NCBI GenBank assembly: GCA_043811535.1 | Contig: JBDRNC010000012.1 | Span: 1 to 64,000, forward strand | Direction of reading: 5' to 3' | Length of the DNA stretch: 64,000 nucleotides | DNA from: Elusimicrobiota bacterium | GTDB taxonomy: Bacteria > Elusimicrobiota > Endomicrobiia > Endomicrobiales > JBDRNC01 | Shown here: positions 1 through 8,539 of the stretch, piece by piece | Position numbering within the stretch: the first letter of the stretch is position 1 | How the letters are laid out: each line of letters opens with the position of its first letter | The notes under the pieces: generated by a model | Databases searched by the model: none | The model's input: only the letters and a program-made list of their open reading frames with translations | Told to the model about the DNA's origin: nothing | Translations under genes and position numbers: made by a program

Positions 1-137
1 TGCATCTCATTCGCTGAGATTTCATCCGCTTTGACGCATCCGGTCACCCAGTGCATCAGGATTTAGCTATCTGGCTTTCTGGAAATTACCAGAGTCGGTC
101 TTTCACCGACGAGTACTCTATGCCTTGCAAGGCACAC
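1..137 (-). mobile_element. Probable 5' end (domain I start) of a group II intron; the rest lies outside the window
   Basis: Minus strand starts GTGTG (GUGYG consensus), then hairpin TGCC-TTGCAA-GGCA, hairpin GTCGGT-GAAAG-ACCGAC and TAGC...GGTGAC...AAGCG, as in bacterial group II domain I. No RT or domain V is visible in the window. Confidence 0.55.
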
Positions 138-320
138 CATAATGTATCTTTTGTCGATTTTAGCTATTTTACATACAAAAGAAAAGAGGCCGAGCCTTAG
201 GGCAAGATCCTTAAACCCGGGTGTTAATATTGAGTCTTGGTTGTATAGTCATAAATTACTGCCTTTTTATAATAATCTTGCGACTAAGATTCCATATCTA
301 AAGTTCCAACATTTGTATAA

Positions 321-1727
321 TTATCTTTTGTGAAACGCCACTTTAAACCGTTCGTCAGGGTCGTCAAACTTCACTTCTTTAAGATCAAACTGCGCCGGGT
401 CAAAATTGTCATTACCTATCCATTCCACCATTTCCTTGTGACCGGGATGGGATGGAATTTTCATTATTTCAATTAACTCAAAATACCCTGAAACACTTCC
501 AACGTCTTCAGGCGGGCATGCGCATTCGCCTCCAATACATCTTGGATATTTGACATTTTCTTCACAAGGCATAATTTTCTCAAGTTCAATATTATGTTTC
601 CAGTCATCGCCAAAGTCATAGACATATTTCGCTGTATTGTGTTCAAAGCTAAACCATTCTGCGATAGGCTCCTTCCATCCTTCGAGAGTTTTCCTACCTG
701 TCATAAGATCTGAATCTTCATCAGGGATTCCTATATAAGCTTTATTACCGGAAATATGGTCTTTAATCTGAAACTCGTGAAGATGGCAGTCAAGCCACCC
801 CATTGCGTCCTGTATAGCAACATGAAGGTCCCAAAAACTGTAACTTGACGGCACCTGAATTCTTCGCCAGATAGTAGGCCTGATTTCATCAAGAGAAATC
901 CTAAACTGAAATATATTTGTGTACGCCTTAGGTAAGGCTATAGCGGCTTTATTTGTTCTTGAGCTGCGGCTGCTTGTCAAGTATATCTCTCCCAATACGC
1001 CTTTGACTTCATAAAACCTATTATCACTTGCTGCTATCCTTGATATGGTATCCGGCGGACAGTTGTCTTTGTATGAATACTCACACGTAACCCGTTTTGT
1101 GAGCATATCGATCCAGCCGCCTTTTATATCTGTCCTGCTCGCAATTTCATGAAGAATATCAGCGGTTTCTTTGTTCTTTCTGAGTATCAGTTCTTCGTTT
1201 CTTGATTCCTTCTTTTGGGGTACAATTTCATATATTGCAGCGTCATAATCCACCACTTTGATAATTACGTCATCGCAGGGACAAAGATTCCATTGTTTGA
1301 ACCAGATGCCGAATCCTTCGATTGCTCTTCTGGGCGTTGCCTCGCCGCCGTAAAACGTTATTTTTGAACTTATGTCCCCATTCGCCGACCGCAGCGCAAT
1401 AGGCAGGTTATCAACTCTAAAAACAGAATTAAAGATAAACTGTAATTCCCTGTCGCAAGATAAAATGCCTCTTTCAACATCAATATCTGTGAGCGAGTAT
1501 CTGAAATAATTCCCGTTAATAACCCGGCTTAATAAATCATACATTCCTTCGCTAACACGGACTATATCTTTGCAGTCATACGCGTTCAGAGCGTTTCTTA
1601 TCTGTTGTTTGGTCTTTTTGACTTTATATCTGTTCTCTATTTCAGATATCAATTCAAGCATGTTCAAAGGCTTATTCGCTTCTTTAAGAAGCTCTTTGAT
1701 CATTTTATTTGTAGAAATGCCCTGCAT
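321..1727 (-). CDS. Plasmid pRiA4b ORF-3 family protein with an N-terminal extension (putative winged HTH)
   Basis: C-terminal motifs IWRRIQVP, LHVAIQDAMGWLDCHLHEF, YVYDFGDDWKH, ACPPEDVG. Confidence 0.85.
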   Translation of the reverse strand: MQGISTNKMIKELLKEANKPLNMLELISEIENRYKVKKTKQQIRNALNAYDCKDIVRVSEGMYDLLSRVINGNYFRYSLTDIDVERGILSCDRELQFIFNSVFRVDNLPIALRSANGDISSKITFYGGEATPRRAIEGFGIWFKQWNLCPCDDVIIKVVDYDAAIYEIVPQKKESRNEELILRKNKETADILHEIASRTDIKGGWIDMLTKRVTCEYSYKDNCPPDTISRIAASDNRFYEVKGVLGEIYLTSSRSSRTNKAAIALPKAYTNIFQFRISLDEIRPTIWRRIQVPSSYSFWDLHVAIQDAMGWLDCHLHEFQIKDHISGNKAYIGIPDEDSDLMTGRKTLEGWKEPIAEWFSFEHNTAKYVYDFGDDWKHNIELEKIMPCEENVKYPRCIGGECACPPEDVGSVSGYFELIEIMKIPSHPGHKEMVEWIGNDNFDPAQFDLKEVKFDDPDERFKVAFHKR

Positions 1728-1928
1728 GTCAACTCCTTTTAGCTATGTAAATGCTCTTCATTTCTTATTATCCCAGCCGGGGTTAAAAAGGACATCCCTC
1801 ATATTCTCCGACAATTGGATTTCCGTTAGGTCTATTTCGACTTTCTTTTGAGCGCAAGGGGCATGCTCGTTGAGGTATTTATCAAAAGTGATCGGGGTGA
1901 GTTTTAGCATATCGGAGCGCAACATAAC

Positions 1929-3308
1929 TTAGCTTGGCTCTTTTTCAATCTTATCCGATAATTCTAATATTTTGACCGCTGGCAAAGAAGCACCAACTAT
2001 TCCTTCTAAATCGCCATGCATTCCGGCAATATTTAAGGTGATTTTTTCTATTTGTTTTTCTCTTTGTGCCCATATTTTTCCCATTGCCCGCTTTTCTGAG
2101 TCCAAATCACCTTTCATTATGACAAAGGATTCTACTATTGCCTGGATGCGATTTCTAAACTCTACTCCTGTTAAATAGTTATATACTATTTCTTTCTTTT
2201 CTTCTTTTCCGGTTTGAATTTCTTGTGTTTTTGCAACTTGAGTCAATACAACCCTTAAAGCTAGCGCAAGACTCAATGTAGACGGAACATCCGTAACCCA
2301 CACATCTTCTATTTGTCTAAAATGATTCAATCCTTTTGGTAAAACTTCTGAAACTATCACTGATAAATCAGCTTTCGCTTCACGTTGATCATCTTTCAGC
2401 TTTTGTATCCACTTATCACTCCAGTCCTTTGTCCTTTTTGTTTCCCAAAGTATTTTACCACATACCCGGCCAGATTGTGTTTTTACGGTATGAATTACAT
2501 CTCCACCCCTTACGCCTTTAGAAACCGGAATTATTTCATCAAATGGGAAGCTTTCTTTAAGCATGTTCTCTAATTCAAGTTCAAGAACCTCACCCTGGGC
2601 CTGCTGAGACCCTTGCTCGGCCTTCCGTTTCAAATCTTCGATCTGCTTTAACATATCGGTGAGCTGCTTATCTTTTTCCGCGTCTTTAAGCCTATGACTT
2701 TCTTCTATACCCCTGGTTATCTTCTCGGATATAACCTGTCTTTCGGCATCCAGCTTGCGGGCCATCTCAAGCTCAAAAGCCTTTTGGTCTTCTTCCAGTT
2801 TGCGCTGCTGCTTGCGAAGCTCTAATTCCTGCTGGCGGGCTTTTTCAAGATTCTGTGTTTTTTCGTTTAACTGCTCTTTCAGATCCGCAACCTGAATATT
2901 CTGGTTGTTTTCAACCTCTTTTCTCACCCTTTCTTCTATTTGCTTTTTCTCCTGCAGCAATTGCCCCTTCAGCTTGCTTTCCCTATCATCGTATTCCTTT
3001 TTAAGGGTTTCTTCTTTTTCACTTATCTGCCTTTCTCTCTTGCGAAGTTCAAGCTCCAGCTTTTGGCTTTCTTCCAGCTTCTTATTCTTCTCCGCCACCT
3101 GCTCCTTGAGATCAGATAACTCTACTTTAACCGAATCTAAAGCCACCTTTTTAGCCTTATCCTGTAATTGCTTCCGCTCTTCAATAAGCTTGCCTTCAAA
3201 TTCCTTTTCAAGTTTAGTCTTAATAGAAATTTCCATATCATGAGATATAGCCTCAGATAGCTTGATTATTTCCCCACATTTAGGGCATTTGATTGTATCT
3301 TGAGACAT
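1929..3308 (-). CDS. DUF2130 domain coiled-coil protein
   Basis: IKCPKCG N-terminus, long coiled coil, SQQAQGEVLELELE, GKILWETKRTKDWSDKWIQKLKDDQR; start chosen after a GGAGG RBS. Confidence 0.85.
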   Translation of the reverse strand: MSQDTIKCPKCGEIIKLSEAISHDMEISIKTKLEKEFEGKLIEERKQLQDKAKKVALDSVKVELSDLKEQVAEKNKKLEESQKLELELRKRERQISEKEETLKKEYDDRESKLKGQLLQEKKQIEERVRKEVENNQNIQVADLKEQLNEKTQNLEKARQQELELRKQQRKLEEDQKAFELEMARKLDAERQVISEKITRGIEESHRLKDAEKDKQLTDMLKQIEDLKRKAEQGSQQAQGEVLELELENMLKESFPFDEIIPVSKGVRGGDVIHTVKTQSGRVCGKILWETKRTKDWSDKWIQKLKDDQREAKADLSVIVSEVLPKGLNHFRQIEDVWVTDVPSTLSLALALRVVLTQVAKTQEIQTGKEEKKEIVYNYLTGVEFRNRIQAIVESFVIMKGDLDSEKRAMGKIWAQREKQIEKITLNIAGMHGDLEGIVGASLPAVKILELSDKIEKEPS

Positions 3309-3438
3309 GATAGCCTCCATATTTACTTAACAATAAATATTGTGTCACTGGAACTCTTAGTGTAGGATGGTCTTACAGCATTTACTTTAAACTTATACCG
3401 TCCCATTTATTCAATAAATATCTTGAACAACGTATTGC

Positions 3439-3759
3439 CTAACTTTGAACCTTCTCCTTAATATCTTCTTTTTTCTCGTATTTTCTTATCGCATCTAGAT
3501 ATAATCTATGACTTTCATCTCTAAACTTGTTTTTGTCCTTTTGTAGAGCTGTAAGCTTATCATAGATACCTTTGTAGATAATTTGATGCGCCTGATTAGC
3601 AAGATTTGCTTCGTTGTATACATCCATTTCAATGGCAGATTTCAAAATCGAATCCACCATACTCATTAAGTCCTCTTTGCCTATTTCATCTATTGGTTTC
3701 CACTGCACACCATCAAGACTAAAACTTCCCTTACCGTCATGAATTTTCAAGATTTGCAT
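3439..3759 (-). CDS. Small hypothetical protein overlapping the 3' end of the PHP-ATPase gene
   Basis: 106-aa ORF with a GGAGG RBS; overlaps the upstream gene. Confidence 0.7.
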   Translation of the reverse strand: MQILKIHDGKGSFSLDGVQWKPIDEIGKEDLMSMVDSILKSAIEMDVYNEANLANQAHQIIYKGIYDKLTALQKDKNKFRDESHRLYLDAIRKYEKKEDIKEKVQS

Positions 3760-5764
3760 AAATCCTCCCTCTTTCATCATATGCTTGTTTCCCAGCTTCG
3801 AGACAATTCAGTGTTACATCTAAGTTATTAATCTTCTTTCCATCTCTAGCCACTAATTCCTTATCATTTGGGAATCCTGAATATATGCGATACTCAACCT
3901 TGTCTTTAATAACTTCCTTTTTAGTATAAAGAATATAATCTGGTTTAATAGACGCCCCCACTGTGCTATTGTGTGTCACAAGCACAACAGGCATAGTTTT
4001 CGATATTTCTTTAATAATATTATTCACTTCATTTTTTAGGAATAAATTATCGAATGATGATTCCGGCTCATCAATAAGCAACATATCAAATCGTTGCGCA
4101 TCACTTATCGCCTGCAATAAATTGAATTCAGATCTTTCTCCACCAGATACTTCAAATCCATCTTTGTTATCTATATGATATTGTATTCTAGTAAAGTAGA
4201 GATAATATTCTGACTTTGCTAACCCGTCAATTTCCTTCAATTTTTGAAGGTACCCGTATGGATCCTGATATGTTTGATATGCAGAACTAAAAGATTTATT
4301 TGATTTACTCAAAGACCTTAATTCACTTGCACCAGTAAACTCATTTGCTTTTGCAACAATTTTGAATCCTTGAAGATTTTTATCTACAATCTTATGATCT
4401 CTACGCACAATTTTAGCGATATTAGCAAATCTAGTGACTTTATCTTTTTCCAATACAATCTGATACAAATCTACATCATCTATTTTTGTTGCAGCTGATC
4501 GCCTTTGAAGACTTTTCTTAATTTCACTAATTAGGTCGTTTAGAAATTGCTTTTTTCGTATTTCTTCATCCTTTTTTTCATACTCATGAATTAATTCCAT
4601 TATTAAGGATTTCAACACTTGAACAGATACGTGTTTTTCAATTATTGCTTTATATTCAACATTCTCTATCAAGTGAATAACAGATTCTATTAGCTCTTCC
4701 AAACCCTTTAAATCTGAATTCTGAAACATCTCCTCGGCAAATAGTATTGCGTGCGAAAACGCGTCTTGTCGCTCAGATTCCTTAGCATGTTTTACAAGAG
4801 ATTGCAGGAAATTTGATACGGCTCTATTATTCTCTTCAATATCAATATCCACTATATCATTAACAACAAGTTGAAACTCACGTAAATATTCTTGAGTGAC
4901 CAAGCTATGACTATTGCTTAATATTTTACTGAATTCCTTCTCGTCTTTTTCATCATTTCGTTCCACTAATTCAAACTGTTTAATATATTTTATATTTTCA
5001 GATATTTTATTGATACGTTCCAAAGTAAAAGTCTTCCCACTTGATCTCTCGCCCACTATAACATTCAGTCCTGTGGATAATTCTTGACCATCATCGAAAA
5101 CCTGAAATGATGAATGTCCTTCTTGTGGCGAGAGTGAAACCTTGTTCTTGTCACGCAAACAGCACTTAATTGCCTCAAATGTGATTTCACCGCAATTCAC
5201 GTAGGTTTGCCGAGAAGGATACTCCGTAAATTCTGGTTTGATCCTACAATCGCTAAAATAAACAGGAACCAGACTCTTGTCATCTTTTAAACAATACATG
5301 AATTTCTTCGGGCTAGCGACTTCACCTGTGGTTATATAAGCATTCAATTGAGCTAATACTTTCTCATTAATAATTGGGATTTTATCATAGTGAGGTATCA
5401 GAATATATTTTGCTAAATCTTGGAATATTTCTATTAGCTCAGATACTGTTATTGATTTATGTTCTGTGACTATTCGGTCAGCTAATTTCATACATCGGGA
5501 ATTAAAATCAGACAATTCCTTACCATCCGCAATTAAAAGAAGATGACCATTTTCTAGACTTATTTCTATTCCCGGAAAAACCGGAATACCAACTGAATCT
5601 TTTATATCTCTAAATTGATCTATATCAAATGTGTTATGATTTGTAACTGCAATAGCATCAAGATGAGCATTGTTGACATATTCCTTTAATCTATCAAGAT
5701 CGAACAAAAAGGCTGCATCACTACTTGTTGATATTGTATGAATATGTAAATCTATTTTCTTCAT
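3737..5764 (-). CDS. PHP phosphoesterase fused to an ABC-type ATPase (Ppl-like anti-phage protein)
   Basis: DLHIHT, AVTNHN, PGIE, IPHYDK, FSDC (PHP); GERSSGKT Walker A, VSGGERS signature, LLIDEPE Walker B, VTHN H-loop. Confidence 0.85.
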   Translation of the reverse strand: MKKIDLHIHTISTSSDAAFLFDLDRLKEYVNNAHLDAIAVTNHNTFDIDQFRDIKDSVGIPVFPGIEISLENGHLLLIADGKELSDFNSRCMKLADRIVTEHKSITVSELIEIFQDLAKYILIPHYDKIPIINEKVLAQLNAYITTGEVASPKKFMYCLKDDKSLVPVYFSDCRIKPEFTEYPSRQTYVNCGEITFEAIKCCLRDKNKVSLSPQEGHSSFQVFDDGQELSTGLNVIVGERSSGKTFTLERINKISENIKYIKQFELVERNDEKDEKEFSKILSNSHSLVTQEYLREFQLVVNDIVDIDIEENNRAVSNFLQSLVKHAKESERQDAFSHAILFAEEMFQNSDLKGLEELIESVIHLIENVEYKAIIEKHVSVQVLKSLIMELIHEYEKKDEEIRKKQFLNDLISEIKKSLQRRSAATKIDDVDLYQIVLEKDKVTRFANIAKIVRRDHKIVDKNLQGFKIVAKANEFTGASELRSLSKSNKSFSSAYQTYQDPYGYLQKLKEIDGLAKSEYYLYFTRIQYHIDNKDGFEVSGGERSEFNLLQAISDAQRFDMLLIDEPESSFDNLFLKNEVNNIIKEISKTMPVVLVTHNSTVGASIKPDYILYTKKEVIKDKVEYRIYSGFPNDKELVARDGKKINNLDVTLNCLEAGKQAYDERGRIYANLENS

Positions 5765-5820
5765 ATTCCCTCCCATTTACAACAGTCACATGTGAACCTA
5801 TTTGCTTATCAACTTATACC

Positions 5821-7113
5821 CTACATATTGAATGCTTCAATCAGAACTGACTGCATTAGCATTTCTGATTGATTTTTACGTTCAATGACTTGTTTTTCTA
5901 GTTCATCAATATTTTTCATCAGTTTACCTATCCGCTCAACAATAACCTGCTGCTCTGTAATGGGCGGCAAAGCAACTAATAACGTCCTAAGAACCTCTAA
6001 ATGAAGATGTTTTACCGCTACACCTCTAATGTCTTCTCTTTTTAGATTATTGCACACAAATTGAAGAGCATGCTTGAAATATCCTGGAATTATTTTGTCT
6101 TGAATATATTTAATTAAAGCCAGACTTTCGAATAGACTAAATTCATAAGCATATTGATTTAGAACTACAGTTCCAATCGAACCACTTTTCGAAACTATTA
6201 AATCATTCAACTCAGGATTGCATCTTTTAAACAGCTCTTCATGTGCTTCTTTTGAAATATATCTACATTTGTCAAATGTTAAGTACCCCATTTTTATGTC
6301 TTTTGCCGAAACAAATTTAATTCCTTCATTTCTATATTGAGGGGTAAAGTGAGTGCCATCGGTTATCTTCTTTACTAATTCGCCTAATCGACACCATAGC
6401 CACCCTTCAGGCAAATCAAACGGCTTTTCCGATTCTGTAATTGGTAAGGTTGATATAGCCTTCCTTATCTTTCCTTCTTTAATAAGTCTTTCCTTTTCGA
6501 TGTTAATAATTTCTAGTAATTTTGAAGCGTGATTATCACCAGTGATCAGTTCGGGGTTTTGATTCCGCCATTCAGTGGTGAGTTTGCCTTCAACGGCTTC
6601 TTGCAGAAATGTCTGTCTAAGTTTATTGAGAAACAATATTTGTTCACTTACTCCGTCAGAAAACTCTTCGTTTATAGTTGATATTGATTCAATTTTGTCT
6701 CTAAAGCTTAATTGATGCTCATAATCAAAATATGGAAGTCTATATTTCCCAAAATTTGTTCGATTAATAGCGAGTTTTGAAGTTCCTGTTGCAGTCTTTT
6801 TAACTATATTCTGGCGCAAGGAATTGAAAAGACGATGATAAAATGATAGGTCAAGCTTTAATCCTTTTTTTGGAGTGAGAATAAAACAGAGATCGCTTGA
6901 GATGAACTTGCCCTTTATGTAATGAGTTCTCCCAAGAGAACCTGAAGCTGCCATGGCAAAAACCAATGCTTCACAATCATGAGTGAATTCTCTGTGAGTC
7001 TTCCACTCTTCAGCAGCGGTAATGAAAGTATATTTTCCCTCAGTACATTTTGAACTTTGGAGAGTTCCTTTTTCAAAATCAAAAAGTTCTTCGATTGGTT
7101 TCCATTCAACCAT
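5821..7113 (-). CDS. hsdS: Type I R-M specificity subunit
   Basis: Two TRDs, conserved LQEAVEGKL, PFDLPEGWLWCRLG, LPPITEQQVIV; overlaps hsdM. Confidence 0.92.
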   Translation of the reverse strand: MVEWKPIEELFDFEKGTLQSSKCTEGKYTFITAAEEWKTHREFTHDCEALVFAMAASGSLGRTHYIKGKFISSDLCFILTPKKGLKLDLSFYHRLFNSLRQNIVKKTATGTSKLAINRTNFGKYRLPYFDYEHQLSFRDKIESISTINEEFSDGVSEQILFLNKLRQTFLQEAVEGKLTTEWRNQNPELITGDNHASKLLEIINIEKERLIKEGKIRKAISTLPITESEKPFDLPEGWLWCRLGELVKKITDGTHFTPQYRNEGIKFVSAKDIKMGYLTFDKCRYISKEAHEELFKRCNPELNDLIVSKSGSIGTVVLNQYAYEFSLFESLALIKYIQDKIIPGYFKHALQFVCNNLKREDIRGVAVKHLHLEVLRTLLVALPPITEQQVIVERIGKLMKNIDELEKQVIERKNQSEMLMQSVLIEAFNM

Positions 7114-8539
7114 TTTTTAGTTCCGCCTTAAGCCTTTCTAACAACTCATTACTTTTACGAAACGAAACATGGAGCATATTAACAAGCTCTTCACTTGAAT
7201 GTGTTTTCTCTGCTTCAGCAACATGAGGGTTCTTAATATCCAGATTATAGCCATTATCAACAATAGTATTTATTGGGACTTTCCATGCCTGTTCACTTGC
7301 CTTACGCTTTTTCCACCATTTTTTAAGTTCGCCGAATTCGCTTTTCTGAATTGGTTTTGTTTTGCTATATGCTTTTACGCCTTCAGGTAGTTTATGCTCC
7401 CAATACCAGATTTCTTTGGTGGGATTGCCTTTATCAAAGAAAAGTAGGTTTGTGGCAACACTTGCGTATGGCTGAAATACTGAGTTCGGTAGCCTTACTA
7501 TGGTATGCAGGTTGCAGTTCTCCAGCAAATGTTGGCGGATACGTTGCTTTACTCCATCGCCAGTCAAAGAACCGTCTGGTAAAACTATTCCAGCCCGGCC
7601 CTTTTCTGTTAAATACCGAACCATAAGCAGCAAGAACAAATCAGCACTCTCAGTGGTTCTATAATTTTGCGGGAAATTTGTTTCAACGCCATCAGTAACA
7701 GAAGCACCGAACGGCGGATTTGCAAGGATTACGTCCACACGGTCTTTTTGTCCTATCGATGTGTATTCCCTATTTAAACTGTCTGTATAATCGATATTTG
7801 GCACTTCGATATCATGCAAAATTAAGTTTGTAACGCAGAGCATGAATGGTAGGGGTTTAAATTCCATACCATGAATGGTCTTTTCAAGGATTTTAAGGTC
7901 ATTTACACCCTTTATGTCCTGTTTACGAATATTTTCTATTGCGCTGGTTAAAAAACCTCCAGTTCCACAGGCCGGATCAAGCACTCTTTCGCCCAAGCGA
8001 GGGTTAACCATTTCTGTAATAAACTCCGTAATTGCGCGGGGCGTATAAAATTCTCCATATTTTCCCGCGTTTTGAAGGTCGCGAAGGATTGTTTCGTATA
8101 TATCTCCAAAAATATGTCGGTCTTCAGAATTATTGAAGTCTATCTGGTTTAACTCATTAATAACTTGCCTGATAACTGTACCGTTTTTCATGTAGTTATT
8201 TGTGCCATCAAATATTTCACGAATAATAAGCGCCCTCTTATTACCTGAGCTTACATCAAGGTTTTTAAGTTGTGGTATAAGCTTAGTGTCAACAAACTCT
8301 TTAAGTTCTTCACCTGTCATACCTTCATCATTAGCGGCCCAGTTTCGCCATTGTAATTTCTTTGGCATTGGCGAGACATATTTATCGTTTAGCAGTTCAA
8401 GTTCTTTGTCCTTATCATCAAGTATTTTTAGGCTTATCATCCAGCCCAATTGCTCTATACGTTGAGCATCTCCAGACACGCCTTGATCTTTCCACATAAT
8501 GTTTTGCAGCTTTTTGATAATATTCCCGATATTCTTCAT
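7106..8539 (-). CDS. hsdM: Type I R-M N6-adenine methyltransferase
   Basis: GEFYTPR, DPACGTGGF (motif I), NPPF (motif IV). Confidence 0.96.
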   Translation of the reverse strand: MKNIGNIIKKLQNIMWKDQGVSGDAQRIEQLGWMISLKILDDKDKELELLNDKYVSPMPKKLQWRNWAANDEGMTGEELKEFVDTKLIPQLKNLDVSSGNKRALIIREIFDGTNNYMKNGTVIRQVINELNQIDFNNSEDRHIFGDIYETILRDLQNAGKYGEFYTPRAITEFITEMVNPRLGERVLDPACGTGGFLTSAIENIRKQDIKGVNDLKILEKTIHGMEFKPLPFMLCVTNLILHDIEVPNIDYTDSLNREYTSIGQKDRVDVILANPPFGASVTDGVETNFPQNYRTTESADLFLLLMVRYLTEKGRAGIVLPDGSLTGDGVKQRIRQHLLENCNLHTIVRLPNSVFQPYASVATNLLFFDKGNPTKEIWYWEHKLPEGVKAYSKTKPIQKSEFGELKKWWKKRKASEQAWKVPINTIVDNGYNLDIKNPHVAEAEKTHSSEELVNMLHVSFRKSNELLERLKAELKNG

